NCBI GenBank assembly: GCA_951406725.2
Contig: OX597816.1
Span: 16,554,001-16,618,000 of the forward strand
Direction of reading: 5' to 3'
Length of the DNA stretch: 64,000 nt
Source: Octopus vulgaris
Lineage: Eukaryota
This document shows, in pieces, positions 40,083 to 54,217 of this stretch. Positions within the stretch are counted from its first letter, which is position 1; each line of letters opens with the position of its first letter. The translations under genes and the position numbers were made by a program. The notes under the pieces were generated by a model. It made no database searches, was not told where the DNA came from, and saw only the letters and a program-made list of their open reading frames with translations.

Positions 40083-41139
40083 GTAATTTTTTATTCTAAC
40101 ATTATTCACTTGCTGGCACTACAGAGTTGAAGTTCTGTATTCCACTAGGCTCAAATGTCACCCTGTTCAATGTAAATATTACGTGCTAGTTTCATTTCTA
40201 TTATTTGTAGAGCTTCCAGACCTTGATTTGTTCACAGAATGCCTTATTCTTTACTAAGGCAGCTCACCTTCATTACTTATGTAGGCATTGCTATTATTCC
40301 TACCGTGATGGTCACAGAGGATAACACTTCATTAACTGAATCGATGACAAATATAACATGTAACAGACATCCTGAAACTTCCAGCATGTTAGGAACTAGT
40401 CTTTAAATAAATTCTTGAAAATGATGATTAGTTGTCCATTACAGAATGAAAACAACAAGAAATTTGCTATTTAAAAAAAAAAAGGGAAGTTAGCTAGTTA
40501 ATAATTATAAAACAAGTTTTTAAAGACAAATTCAATTTCAGGAAATTATATTCATGTCCTTTTCAGATATCAATTTTGACAATAGTATTTTTCTGTCCAT
40601 TAAATAGCTCTTAGAAAATTGTATTTTTAAAATATGGTTTAGAGAGCCTTCAAAATATACATTAACATTATGAAGAACCGACAAAACAAATTTATCAATA
40701 CCTTCACTTTTATAAATCTTATTTATTATTCTCTCTATTTTTACAAAATTTATATCGTGAATTTTATATGGCAAAAGAAGGAATATAAGTGTTTTGCAAG
40801 GAAATATAAATTCATAATGAAAGTTCTATAGAAGGGATATTTGTGTATATTATTCAGTTGTGTTGTATTGATATATTTTTGTAAAATGATGTAAAGATAA
40901 TATATAACCATTCACTGCATAATTGGAAAACAAATAAATGAGAATGTGAAATATTTCTAGATACAGGGTGTAGAACATTGAAGAAACACAAAAATGAAAA
41001 AATAAAAAAAATAATAATAATTATATAAGCACACAGACACAGAAATATATAAACAGAAATAATTATATTGACAGTCACGTAGGATCTAAGTCACGTCCTC
41101 TTCTTAAAACCAACCAACTAATTATAAATGTGTGCGTAA

Positions 41140-41232
41140 ACATATGCCTCATATATATATATACACACATATACAAAGACACATAAATATATATATACAT
41201 ACATATATATATACACACATACAAAGACACAT

Positions 41233-41277
<45 letters not shown>

Positions 41278-41286
41278 AAGACACAT

Positions 41287-41360
<74 letters not shown>

Positions 41361-41400
41361 ATATACACACACATAACAATATATACATATATATTCATAA
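41140..41400. repeat. (TA)n microsatellite with three acaaagacacataaa-anchored higher-order units
   Basis: Direct reading. Confidence 0.85.
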
Positions 41401-42589
41401 ACTCAAACACACACATTCACATACTCACAAATACACACATGCTGTGTATTACTATGCATATCTTAGTTTTAGAATAGGCAGACTACATCCCTACTTGTAA
41501 GTGATGACTTAAAGGTTTGGCAACAAGGCGGACATCTGGTCATAAGACAATGCCTCAGGAGAATTGCCCAGTCAATGCTAACATACTAAAAGCGGATGTA
41601 AAATGCTCATTATACATAAACACACTCACATGTGTGTGTGTGTGTGTATGCATCTGTTTGTAGCTATCTATCTATATCATCATCATCATTGTGGTTTACC
41701 ACCAACTCTCGCATGGTTGTGTGGGTGAGACAGAGTGTTTATTAAGACAGATTTTCTAGGGCCTGAAGCCCTTCCTGTTGTAAACCCTCACTTATTTCCT
41801 AGCAAGGTAACATTTTCCAGACATGCTTTACATTGAAGACTGGAAGTGAGCAGCATTGCTTGTATGATGATGATGCTCATTTATAGCCATTGTCAACACA
41901 AGGCCACACATAGGGCTTCTTTCAGTTTCCAGTTATGAAATCCACTCACAAGACTTTGGTGGGACCAGGACCATATTACCAAAGGTACCACATAGTGGGA
42001 GTGAATAATACATCAAAATTTGCATAATTTCTTTAGATGCATATAGTTTTAAGTCTCAAAGATCTTGAAAATGCTAAATATAAAAATAGAAGTGTATGCC
42101 CTTCCCCCCTCTGAACCCCTCCAGCCTTGCCCTCACTCTCAAAACACTTTTTCAGATGCATGTTATTCATATTTGTGAAGAAAAATCTCATGTTTAAAAC
42201 AAAAATCTAAAAAGAAAAAAAAAACTTTCTGAAAGAAGTCAAAATTGAAAGATTACCACAAAAGTTGGGTGGTGTGACAGATTTAACCCTTCTCTCCAAA
42301 AAATAAACCTTTTCTTTTTTTTCCAGATTTGTAATCTTTGATGCTTAAAACATACACAAAAACACCCAAGCTGATGTCACATAAAAAGCACCTGTGCTGG
42401 TGTCTAATAAAAAGCATTCAATACACTCTGTAAAGTGGTTAGCATTAGGAAGGGCATCCAGCAGTAGAAACCATTTCATGACAGACAATTGGAGCCTGGT
42501 GCAGCTCTCTAGGTGGCCAGCTTCTATCAAAGCGTCCAACCCATGCCAGCATGAAAAACAGATGTTAAATAATGATGAATCTTTCTCTT

Positions 42590-42625
<36 letters not shown>

Positions 42626-42626
42626 C

Positions 42627-42891
42627 GCGAGAATGAAGCAACAAGAATGGATAGGTTTTTAGTACAATCGTTTCATACAAGGACAGGTTTTATTAAAAGT
42701 TGCAAAAATAAAACCTGTCCTTATATGAAACGATTGTACTAAAAACCTATCCATTCTTGTTGCTTCATTCTCGCTTATAATCACCCCACATTACTGTATT
42801 GTTAAATCAGTATAGTTTTTTTTGGTGCATCTAAGTTAGGTACCATATTCAAGTAAATTCATTTAAATTAACTTGAATCTTTATTGCTTTT

Positions 42892-42895
<4 letters not shown>
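42627..42895. mobile_element. Foldback element related to 2360-2626, opposite orientation
   Basis: Arms 42627-42694 / 42707-42774 with a 12-nt loop. It shares atGAAAcgattgTActa, cttgttgctt and gtaccatattca with the 2.4-kb element. (TA)n on both sides. Confidence 0.75.
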
Positions 42896-42927
<32 letters not shown>

Positions 42928-43723
42928 CATATTATATTGAAATAACATGTACATATCTGTACTCATTTATTGGTTTTTCATCATGCGGTTGTGGCCATAT
43001 TATGTCACCACCCTCAAAGTTTTTGAGTTGGTCATATTGATCTCAATGGTTATTTCTGTCTACTGCTTATTTTAATGATTTCTATTTATTGAATACCTAA
43101 TTAATCTTTAATATAAAGGAATGCAACACAGGTTTTTCATTGGAAAATACATGTACAGACAGAGGCATAGAGACACAAACACATATATTATATATAGGTG
43201 CAGAAGTGGCTGTGTGATAAGGCGATAGAAAGTTTGCTTCCTATCCAAAGGGTTCTGGGTTCAGTCCCACTTTGGGCAAGTGTCTTGTACTATAACCTGT
43301 GAGTGGATTTGGATGACAGAAACTGAAAGAAACTCATTGTGTGTGTGTGTATATGTATGTAAATGTGTGTGTGTATATATATAGTAGGAAAAAGGGAGGA
43401 GGAGAATTTGTATTATTCTCGCATGTCATCTGAAAGCAGTGGTTGGAGCCAATGGCGATTTTATTGAAAAATTTCCTCTTTAGTATCTCAAGATATTTTT
43501 ATGTAATTTTGGCAAATATATGTTAATATGAAATGTCAGTGTTATTTTCAGTTTTTCATAATTTAGATGACAATTTATTCATCACACCCTGTATATATAT
43601 ATAATCATGTCAAAGGGAAATGGAACTTAATTAAAATTAAAACATTCAATCAAAATTTACATTTTCAGTGGTCCCTACAAGTGGATTCCTTATGTGTATA
43701 AATATACACTATATCGTATGACT

Positions 43724-43758
<35 letters not shown>

Positions 43759-43780
43759 ATAAAATATTTTCTAACAGATA

Positions 43781-44681
43781 TGAGGTCTGATTGATAAGTA
43801 TCTGAACTGTTGCCATAGTAACAAAGCTAAAGTACGCAGAGTGAAGCTGCTTGACAAAGATTGACCTTGAACTCTGCTGTACATGTGCACTAAGTTTTAA
43901 CATTCTAGCTCACTTCTACTGTTTACAGCAGTGCTTGGAAGGAAGGTGTGTAGCATGTGATCATCACATTGACCATGACAGAGAAAGTTGTCATGGCGAT
44001 ACCTGCTCAGAGGCCTACACAAAGTTGCAGAAAGTATATGGTGAGGAGTGACTGAGCTGCATACAAGTGTACAAGTGTTTCAGATGTTTCCAAGATGGCC
44101 AAAAAAAATGTTGATATTGACAAATGTTATGGGAGACCCAGAACCAGCAAACCCGAGAAAAACATCACAGATGTGCATGAAGGCCTGAGGGGAAATCGTT
44201 GAATTACCATCAATGAGTTATCAGAAAATGTGCAGAGTAGATTTGTTACAGTTTAAATCAGTCCATTATCACTAAAGATTTGGGTATGAGATGCATGTCT
44301 GACAAGTTTGTGCCAAAACTGCTTCCAGCTGACCAAATTGACACTTGTATTTCAGTTCCACAAGATCTCCTTGATTGTGTTGAGAATGACGAACACTTTT
44401 TGAAAACTCTGCATAGGCCTCTGAGTATGTTTCACCAAGCTTTTGACAAAATTTGCTGCAGATTCTCAGTTCAACTTTCTCTGTCATGGTCAATGCGATG
44501 ATCACATGCTACACACCTTCCTTCTAAGCACTGCTGTAAACAGCAGAGGTGAGCTAGACTGTCAAAACTTAGTGCACATGCACAACAGAGTTCAAGGTCA
44601 ATATATGCCAAGTGGCTTCACTCTGTGTGTTTTAGCTTTGTTACTATGGCAGCAGTCTGGATACTTACTGATCAGACCACA
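43781..44681. mobile_element. Mariner-derived MITE with the 5' end duplicated at both termini
   Basis: TA|tgaggtctgat...atcagaccaca|TA with inverted arms of about 250-280 bp. Both arms include the transposase start (MTEKV; the minus arm reads MTEKVELRICSKFCQKLG). A decayed N-terminal transposase fragment lies in between. Confidence 0.8.
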
Positions 44682-44815
44682 TATATGAAATTCATTGTTA
44701 TATCATAATAATAAACTTGTTGCATAATGCTCAAGTGCACTATAACTTAAAAAAAAGGAGACAAGGGTATCTATCTGACTATCTATCTACCTGTCTGTCT
44801 GTCTACCTACCTACC

Positions 44816-44846
<31 letters not shown>

Positions 44847-45649
44847 GTCCTCCCCTCATTCTCCAGGTACTGTCTTGCAGTCACCTTTAATTATTGTTAA
44901 AATTACAAGAGCGGTGTTAAATATATTTCTCATTCTATTTAAATTTTGAGGTTTGGCTTCCTTGTTGATCCTTGTTTTTATATTAAATATGCCTGTATTC
45001 CAAGAGTATGCTCATACACACACACAAACACAAACGTGTACATGTATGTTTGAAAACCCGCAGAGAAACAAGGATGTCAGTGTATATTATCTTGAAGTAT
45101 TATTTAACATATGTGTGTATTCACCCGTATGTTATCACATTTCTTTTAACTATGTAATATATATGCATGTTGAATTATATACACAAATGAAAATATTAAT
45201 TTATTCCAATGCATGCATATTTATATCAAATATAGCTATGAATTTCTAGTGGTTGAATGTAAATTTATAAATGAAGTGAGGTCATTCTAACTTAATTACT
45301 AACTTCTCCTGAAATTCTCGATATAGATTTGAAAAGGAAATAGAAATCAGAATAAAGATTTGAAAAGGAAATGGAAAAGAAATCTATATGCAATAGGGAT
45401 TTTCTGTTTCTGGTATTATGATATTTGTAGAGTTTTGCTGTAAGTGATTTGTGTTGTGAAATGAGGCAAGGAGGCAGTTTGATAGCATAAGACACACAGG
45501 TGTATATTAAAAGCATCACACTTTCAGTAGAGCAGATTCAGGGGAATAAAAGGTTTTAGGGCATTAATTCATGAAATATAGGTTCAACTTTGCATATAGG
45601 ACCAGGGGTAATTTTTTGAGACCCTGTTTTGGGAAAAAGTATGTCTCTA

Positions 45650-45875
45650 ACAGGCACAGATATGGCTGTGTGGTAAAAAGTTTGCTTCTCATCCACATGG
45701 TTCTAGGCTCAATTCCGCTGCTTGGCACTTTGGGCAAATGTCTTCTACTATAGTCTTAGGCCGACAAAGCCTTGTGAGTGGATTTGGTAGTTGGAAACTA
45801 AAAGAAGCCTATTGTGTATATATATATATCATCATCATTTAGCGTCCGTTTTCCATGGTAGCATGGGTTGGACCC

Positions 45876-45909
<34 letters not shown>

Positions 45910-46550
45910 CTTTGCTTGTCTCCCATTCATGTTTGACAATCAGTTTTGGTGTGTTTATGTCCCTTTAACTTCGAAGTTTAGTAAAAAAGATCAAGTGAAT
46001 AAGGAACAGGTTTAAGAAATATATAAGTACTGGAGTCAATTCATTCAACTAAAAATTCTCCAAGACAGTGCCCCAGCATGGCTACAGTCTAATGACTGAA
46101 ACAAGTAAAAGGTAGAAGATAATATGCCATCAAATATGATACGTATTATGTTATGTTGTAAGTGGGGATTACAACAAACTCAAGGACCACCAAAGTGGTA
46201 CATACTACTGCTGTAATAACTTGGTGATAAGAAAATAAATGATAAATATAAATTAAAAGGAAAATTAAGATAAATATAAAAATAAATTGATTATAGGTGC
46301 AAGAGTGGCTGTGTGGTAAGTAGTTTGCTCACCAACCACATGATTCCGGGTTCAGTCCCACTGCAGGGCACCTTGGGCAAGTGTCTTCTACTATAGCTTC
46401 AAGCCGACCAAAGTCTTGTGAGTGGATATGGTAGATGGAAACTGAAAGAAGCCCGTCATGTTTGTGTGTATGTTTGTATATGTTTGTGTGTCTGTCTGTG
46501 TTCCCCAAACGTCACTTGACACCCGATGCTGGTGTGTTTACTTCCCCATA
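45650..46550 (+). mobile_element. Two SINE family A copies (about 45650-46120 and 46295-46550)
   Basis: Head and core motifs present. Confidence 0.75.
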
Positions 46551-46772
46551 TTTTGAATTTGTTACCCACCATATCAATTCTCCTAGTCACCCTCACTGTC
46601 ATCATGCTGTTTGTAACCATTCTTATCTACCTGTACCACTTCTCACCTTTCACCTTCCTGTAATATAAGGGCGCACCCTAACACATTTCCACCACTATCC
46701 TCTCTCTTTTTCAACAAAGGTAAACATCTATCTCCCTTACAGTAGGACACCTGTTCCTGTTGTTTGTTCCTT

Positions 46773-47062
46773 CTCAAGCCACGCCTGACTCATAAGGGCC
46801 AGTTTCCTGGTTTCCTTGGTGTATAGGTTCCCCACCTGGATGGGACGCCAGTCCGTCACAGGTGAGCTGCAAGATGCAGGAGGAAAGAGCGAGAGGAAGT
46901 TGTGGCGAAAGAGTCAGCAGAAGTTCGCTATTACCTTCTGCTGGAGCTGCGTGTAGCTTAGGTGTTTTGCTCATAAACATACACATCATCCGGTCTGAGA
47001 TTCGAACCTGCGATCCCTCGACCACGCATCCGCTGCTCTAACCACTAGGCCATGTGCCTCCA
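46773..47062 (-). mobile_element. SINE family D variant
   Basis: tRNA-like head ggaggcacatggcctagtggttagagc...ggttcgaatctc. The sequence cacctgttcctgt occurs on both sides (about 46748 and 47064). Confidence 0.75.
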
Positions 47063-47753
47063 CACCTGTTCCTGTCCCTCTATCATACTTCAACACCACA
47101 TCATCTGGCATAAAGCCACCTTCCCACTTAATTGTGGGGGTCTTCTCTTGTGATTACCTGGTGACCTCACTAGTGCTGGTGCCACATAAAAAGTGCTCAG
47201 TACACACCATAAGGTGGTTGGATCATCCAACTGCAGAAACCATGCCAAAGTAGACATTGCAAGTTGGTGTGGTTTCCTAGCACGCCAGCTGCTTTTGAAC
47301 TGTTCAACCCATGCCAGTATGGAAACTGGACATAACATGATGATGTATGGCACAGGAAGACAACCGTTTTCTCAAGCACATTGACTATAAAGAATGATCA
47401 GTGGAAATTAAAAACAAAAACAAAACAATCTCAGGAGTGAAGAAGTAAAGATTAACCACAGCAAGAGCATCCAGGCATAGAATGCTACCAACATCAGAAT
47501 AGAAGTGGACATAAAAATCATGATGATGTTGATGATGATGATAACTCAAACATATATATATATATATATATATATAAACATCAAATAAATTTACATGTGT
47601 ATGCTTAATGAACATACATTTAGCTTCATTGTGCAGACAGAACTTCATGGTTAAACCACAAATCTTTCTCTCTCTTTTCTCTCTCCGCACACAGACTAAT
47701 TTTCCTGATTTTTATCAGCTTATCAGGAGTAAGTAATCAATTGATCTATAGGA

Positions 47754-47797
<44 letters not shown>

Positions 47798-48859
47798 TAG
47801 CTCATAGCTACACATTACTAATGCTATGAACAATAACAGCATTACTTTTGCTCATTTACATATCAGAACACTTGGTGGTAATGCATATTAATTAACTAAA
47901 GCACTGACTGAGCATGCCAGTTCATTATATATATATATATATATATACATATATATACATAACCCATGCTAGCATGGAAAGCAGACGCTAAACAATGATG
48001 ATGATATGTGTGTATATATATATATATATTATATAAGTGTATGTATATATATATATATGTATCGTACAAAGTATACTTCATGAACAAACTGAATTTGTTT
48101 CTCCATTTTCTTATTTGTATATATATGTGTATATATATATACATATATATATATATATGTTGATGTGCGTAAATGCACAAACACACACATATGTGTGGGT
48201 GTGTGTGTGTGTAGTTTGTTGGTAACTGCTCAACATACAACTATGTAAATGATTAAGTAGTTAGCTTACACATTGTCTACCAAATGTTACAATAGTAAAG
48301 AAACCAGATGACCAACACATCACAGCCTATTCACGACATTACAGAGTTGTTCAGTGAGACCATACTTCACATAAAATTTTCATATCAAATTAGATTATCA
48401 AGATCTTACTAATACATCTATCAATTTATCATATAAAATATTGGATATTCTCAATCACCTATTCCACAAGTTTTGTTTGATATTCCAAACTTTTATGTAA
48501 GTAAGAAATTATCTGTTGGATCATGATATTTCCAAATGAATACCATTCTGATATTATGATATTGGTTGGAATGTATGCGGTTAATAAAATAGTGATTTCT
48601 TAAACTTAATTAGTTTATTTCACTGAATATTTCAAAATATTAATTATTTCACTTTACATATACAAGTGATGAATTATTTTGGAAAGTTGTGATTTTCTTA
48701 ACTATTTCAACTCGAGATTAGAAGGTGAAGAATAAATGATAAGAAAAATAAATTTGTTTGAAATGCTGAGAAAATATGCTTTACATTAATTCATACACAT
48801 TACACACACACACTCACATATATATGGAGGGACGTATCTATGCATGTGTTTATATATGT

Positions 48860-48930
48860 GTTTATATTTATACATATATACACACACACACACACATATA
48901 TATATGTACATACATATGTATACATACATA

Positions 48931-48981
<51 letters not shown>

Positions 48982-49075
48982 GCATACATATATATACATG
49001 CATATATATATACATACATATATATATACATACATACATACATATATATATACATACATATATACATACATACAT

Positions 49076-49120
<45 letters not shown>

Positions 49121-49152
49121 CATACATACATATATACATATATATATATATG
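48860..49152. repeat. Long compound (TA)n/(TACA)n microsatellite
   Basis: Direct reading; source of six spurious ORFs. Confidence 0.95.
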
Positions 49153-49529
49153 TCAAACTTCATTTTTAATCATGAGAAAAGAGTTGAAGAAAAAATATTG
49201 CTTCATTGAATGAGCAATGCAGATTTTATCCAATTTGAATGTCTGCATAGAAAGATTATAAATTTAAATATATTCATTAATTCTGAATAGAGAATTTCCA
49301 AATCCACAGAGTTTGACTTTGAATTTCATCTCTCTGGGGTCAATAAAATAGCTACCAGCAATATACTGCGATAGATTTTATTGATTATGTTCCTCTCCTC
49401 CACTACAGGGTCTTGTTCATAAAGGAAGAAATCAATAATAATGAACTTAACGTTGTAGTTGAGAACCCTTGAGACAGAATCAACTGTTGAAACAAGGTAG
49501 GATTGGGTAATGGAAGATGAGGTAGAGAA

Positions 49530-50192
49530 GGAAAATACATGTGTTTAGCTTAGTTTAGCTTGGTATGGTATTTATTGGGTTGGCAAGAAAGTAATTTCGG
49601 TTTTTTAGTGTGAAATAAAAGTAATATTTGTTCATACAAAGAATGAACTTTAATCAATTATATATTCTTCATTTTGATCGTGGTGGTATGTAAATAAACG
49701 GCGTAAATTAACGAAGGTATAAAGCTGACGGAAATACACGAAGTTGACTACTTTCACTTCTGACAACCAAAGGCATGACAGTGCCGGAAAATACATGTGT
49801 TTAGCTTAGTTTAGCTTGGTATGGTATTTATTGGGTTGGCAAGAAAGTAATTTCGGTTTTTTAGTGTGAAATAAAAGTAATATTTGTTCATACAAAGAAT
49901 GAACTTTAATCAATTATATATTCTTCATTTTGATCGTGGTGGTATGTAAATAAACGGCGTAAATTAACGAAGGTATAAAGCTGACGGAAATACACGAAGT
50001 TGACTACTTTCACTTCTGACAACCAAAGGCATGACAGTGCCGGAAAATACATGTGTTTAGCTTAGTTTAGCTTGGTATGGTATTTATTGGGTTGGCAAGA
50101 AAGTAATTTCGGTTTTTTAGTGTGAAATAAAAGTAATATTTGTTCATACAAAGAATGAACTTTAATCAATTATATATTCTTCATTTTGATCG
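49530..50192 (+). repeat. 256-bp tandem repeat (about 2.6 copies) including the mariner TIR
   Basis: gaaaatacatgtg starts at 49531, 49787 and 50043. The copies look identical. Confidence 0.9.
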
Positions 50193-50656
50193 ATGACCTT
50201 TTGCCATCTTTCTGGCAACTTTATGATTCTGTGCTCACGGAACTTCTGGTCCTTATTCAGCTGAACACTGAAGCAAGTGTGATTGCAGGTCATCATCATT
50301 ATTGAAAGTTTACCATTCAAAGAATTTTGCAAACTTCGAAATAAATAGTAATCTGATAGTGCAAGGTCAGGGCTATATGATAGATGTGACATCGCTTCCC
50401 AACCAAGTCCCAATAAATTTTCACAAGTTAGTAAAGACGTGTGTGGTCTAGCATTGTCATGGTGAAACACGATTCCTTTATGATTTGCCAATTCTGGCCA
50501 TTTTTCATAAATTGCTTCTTCTAGTTTCATTAGTTGTTGACAGTAAACATCTGAATTGATTGTTTGGTTCCTTAGAAACAGCTCAAAATACACAACCCCT
50601 TTGTAATCCCACCAAACTGGCAGCTTGATCTTTTTTTGATGCAATTCAACTTTCAA
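50162..50656 (-). pseudogene. Mariner transposase catalytic-domain remnant
   Basis: Motifs VWWD.KGV.Y.EL....TINS..YC.QL, HHDNARPH and YSPDLALSDY. The upstream part is broken by stops, frameshifts and a SINE. Confidence 0.9.
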
Positions 50657-51008
50657 TGTGGTTTGTGCTGGTTAATAATGCTTGGACCATGATCATTTTC
50701 AATTGATGTTATTATAGACAATCCATTTTCCATCACCAGTGATAATTCATTTAAAAAAAAAAGGTCAATTTCATTGCATTTGAAATGCAAATCACAAATA
50801 TTGATTTGTTGTATTAAGTGAATTTCTTTCAATTTATTTGGAACCTAAATATCGAGCTTCTTAATGAGTCCAAAGCATTTTAAGTGATTTTCAATTGTTG
50901 TGTGTGATACATTTAACCGCTCAACAATCTCTCACACAGTTATATGACAATCAGATTCAATTATGGCTTTAATTCGGTCATCATCAACTTCAGTAGTTTT
51001 ACCATAAT

Positions 51009-51392
51009 GGAAGCATTCCGTCGGTTACGACGACGAGGGTTCCGGTTGATCCGATCAACGGAACAGCCTGCTCATGAAATTAACGTGTAAGTGGCTGAGC
51101 ACTCCACAGACATGTGTACCCTTAACATAGTTCTCGGGGATATTCAGTGTGACACAGAGGGTGACAAGGCCGGCCCTTTGAAATACAGGTACAGCAGAAA
51201 CAGGAAGTAAGAGTGAGAGAAAGTTGTGGTGAAAGAGTACAGCAGGGATCACCACCATCCCTGCCGGAGCCTCGTGGAGCTTTTTAGGTGTTTTCGCTCA
51301 ATAAACACTCACAACGCCCAGTCTTGGAATCGAAACCGCGATCCTACGACCGCGAGCCCACTGCCCTAACCACTGGGCCATTGCGCCTCCAC
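51009..51392 (-). mobile_element. SINE family D inserted in the mariner, with TSD
   Basis: agttttaccataat (50995-51008) / agtttgaccataat (51393-51406). Confidence 0.85.
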
Positions 51393-53286
51393 AGTTTGAC
51401 CATAATACTGGTCATCTTTATACTGGTCATCATAAAACTGAGTGAAAAATCAGAATTCTTAAAACCATTTCTGACATTTGTGTTCTGTTCAGCAACCAAT
51501 GCCATAATCTTCACATGTCTCTTTGTGAGCCTTGGTAGCTTTCTTGCCTTTATGGAAATAAAAAAGCAAATATGGCAAAAATGTTCGTTTTTGCATCCCA
51601 TGTTAAAATTGACACCGAATTAACAGCTGTAAACAAAATTATGTGCAAATTGCTTCTAAAGGAAAGTAAAAGTAACGGCTATCAAATGTTAGAAGGAAAA
51701 AATAACATTGACAAAAGTCATTAAAAAAATTTCGAAAAATGAAATTGCTTTCTTGCCAATCCAATAGTTAGCAGTTTCAGTAAAACATAGGCAGGCAGTT
51801 GGTAGTTATGAAATCCGAAAAGTTAAACAAATAACATAACAGAGAAAATGCATAACAAGTTGTAGAGTAAGGTAAAGAAAAATTCATCTAACACTTAGAT
51901 GGATTTTTTATGAAATTTAGTTTGAAATTTGTCTTTGCATTGTGGATAGGAAATCACATTATATAAATAATATCCTGGCTTTCATCATTTCCTTACTATA
52001 TAGAAAGGTAAGAAGTATTCAATGACATTATATTCATGACATGAAGAAACTAAACCTTTCTTTTGTAGTTTTTTTTACACTACACAATGAAGAGTTTCTA
52101 ACAATATTACAGACCATTATTAGGTAAGATTTATAATAAGGGATGCATTTGAAATGGTTCAAAGACAGAAACAGAGAAGAGAAAGCTTTTCATGTGGTAG
52201 GATGATGGGAGACATATTAACTTGGTCGAGCAGTGATCAGGGGATATGCTAACTTGGTTATACAGGAAGTGGTGAAGTCTGTGTGGAGTCTGGATTTACA
52301 GTTTAGACATAGGCCAAATGTATATGGTAACATCCAATATGTTAGCTAAGAATAGGATGGGTGAATGTGTACAACTGATACAAACACTTCAGGATAGAGA
52401 ATATGTTGGTGTCTACATCAATGGTGGCTGTAAAGAAAGATTAAGTGCAGGAGAACTTATATTTATTAAAATCATCATGGATGATGATTTCAAAGATGCA
52501 AAGTGAGATAAATACACAGGAGGATACGATACAAGTGAACAACTGCTTTTAGTTGATAGAATACTAAAGATGACAGATGTATTTGGAAGAATGTATTAAA
52601 AATAGACAAGACAGAAATATTTTTGTTATTGTCAAGATAAGGAAGAGTAAATCTTTACATATGCATAAATATCAGATTTAAAATGAAATTCAGACTACAG
52701 AGATGTGTAAGAGTTAGGAGATGAAAAATTTGCATAACAGAAAAAGATTATTATGAGTAGTCTAAGGTGATGGTCATTTTTGAAAATCACAGATAGAGTT
52801 TTCTTTTTCTTGATTATTTTTGAAGAAATTAAATATGAAAATGAACCCCCACCTCCCAGAAATGATTGTAGACAGAAGGAAATAAGAAACCAAAGCTCAT
52901 TGATCTCTGTGAGTATCCCAGTTAATCCTTTGTGACTATAATTCTCTAGGGAGACACTGCCTGTGTTTCAATTAATTTTGAAAAATGTCATTAAGCTCTT
53001 GTTTGGAATATAAATTAACATGGAATTTTGATAGAGTGAAATTCAGATTACTTTAAAAGAGTGAATTTGTATCCTAGAATCAAGGGTAGTTTCAGACAGA
53101 TTGATATATAATCCAGTGGCTCATGATATCCTGTACTCGAAAATGAGGCTCATTATAATTGGGTTCAGGCACTTAAAATATCAGGTAGCTGGCATCTCAA
53201 AATAGACCTTTTCAACTAGAATCCTTTAAAAATCAATAGCTCTACTAAAGAGAAGATGTAGCAAGAAGTCATGTGCTGACTTCTAT

Positions 53287-53697
53287 AAGGTGGTGATTTG
53301 GCAGAAACATTAGCAGGCCAGGTGAAATGCTTAGCGGTATTTCGTCTGCCGCTATGTTCTGAGTTCAAATTCCGACGAGGACAACTTTGCTTTTAATCCT
53401 TTCGGGGTCAATAAGTTAAGTACCAGTTACGCACTGGGGTCGATGTAATTGACTTAATCCATTTGTCTGACCTTGTTTGTCCCCTCTGTGTTTAGCCCCT
53501 TGTGGGTAGTAAAGAAATAGGTATTTCATCTGCCGTTATGTTTTGAGTTCAAATTCCGCCAAGGTCGACTTTGCCTTTCATCCTTTCAGGGTCGATAAAT
53601 TAAGTACCTGGGATCGATGTAATCAACTTAATCCCTTTCTCTGTCTTTTTTTCCCCCTCTATGTTTAGCCCCCTTGTGGGCAATAAAGAAATAAGAA
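53287..53697 (+). mobile_element. Partially dimeric SINE family B
   Basis: The body repeats from 53520 (gtatttc.tctgccg.tatgtt.tgagttcaaattcc). aagaagtcatgtg flanks both ends. Confidence 0.8.
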
Positions 53698-54217
53698 GTC
53701 ATGTGTTGACATGGCTAGCTTCAGATTAGCACTTTGGTCTGATGCTCAGAGTATAATAAACTCTCTAGAAGATATCCAACAGCTTGGAGATGATGTTAAA
53801 CGTAATAAAATATCACAACAATTTTTTTAAAGCTATGATATGAGAAATATGCTGCTTTGTTCTACCAAATACCAAAAACGTTTTAAAAACCAGCTGACAT
53901 TTGAATTTTAAAAACTGTGAACAATACATTAATGTAACACTGCAGACTTGTATTCCAAGATAAAGTGATTTCATTGTGACGATGAGTAAGTCATATTTCT
54001 ATGAAACCCCCATTGGCCCAACTAGTTTATTATTTAAAGAACAAAGCTACCACAGTAAAGCAATTTTCAGAGATGTGAAACCATAAAGACACACATAAAT
54101 ATATATACATTCATGTATTTGTATATACATATATATATATATAACATGTATATATATACATACATGTATATATATATATATATACTTTATTTAAAGCAGC
54201 AGAAAATTCAACAAAAC

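Larger units (their letters stand above)
50087..51764 (-). mobile_element. Full-length degenerate mariner transposon
   Basis: TA|ttgggttggcaagaaagtaatttc ... gaaattgctttcttgccaatccaa|TA, interrupted by a SINE. Confidence 0.9.

Noticed and set aside
40538-40774. 78-aa minus-strand ORF
   Set aside because: AT-rich, no motif and no convincing splice sites.
48776-49213. Overlapping 87-145 aa ORFs (also 41075-41500)
   Set aside because: Translations of (TA)/(TACA) microsatellites.
49530-50192. CRISPR-like repeat/spacer alternation
   Set aside because: Eukaryotic DNA with 150-bp repeats and identical spacers; a tandem duplication.
51320-51392. tRNA gene
   Set aside because: It is the tRNA-derived head of a SINE, continuous with the SINE body and bounded by a TSD.
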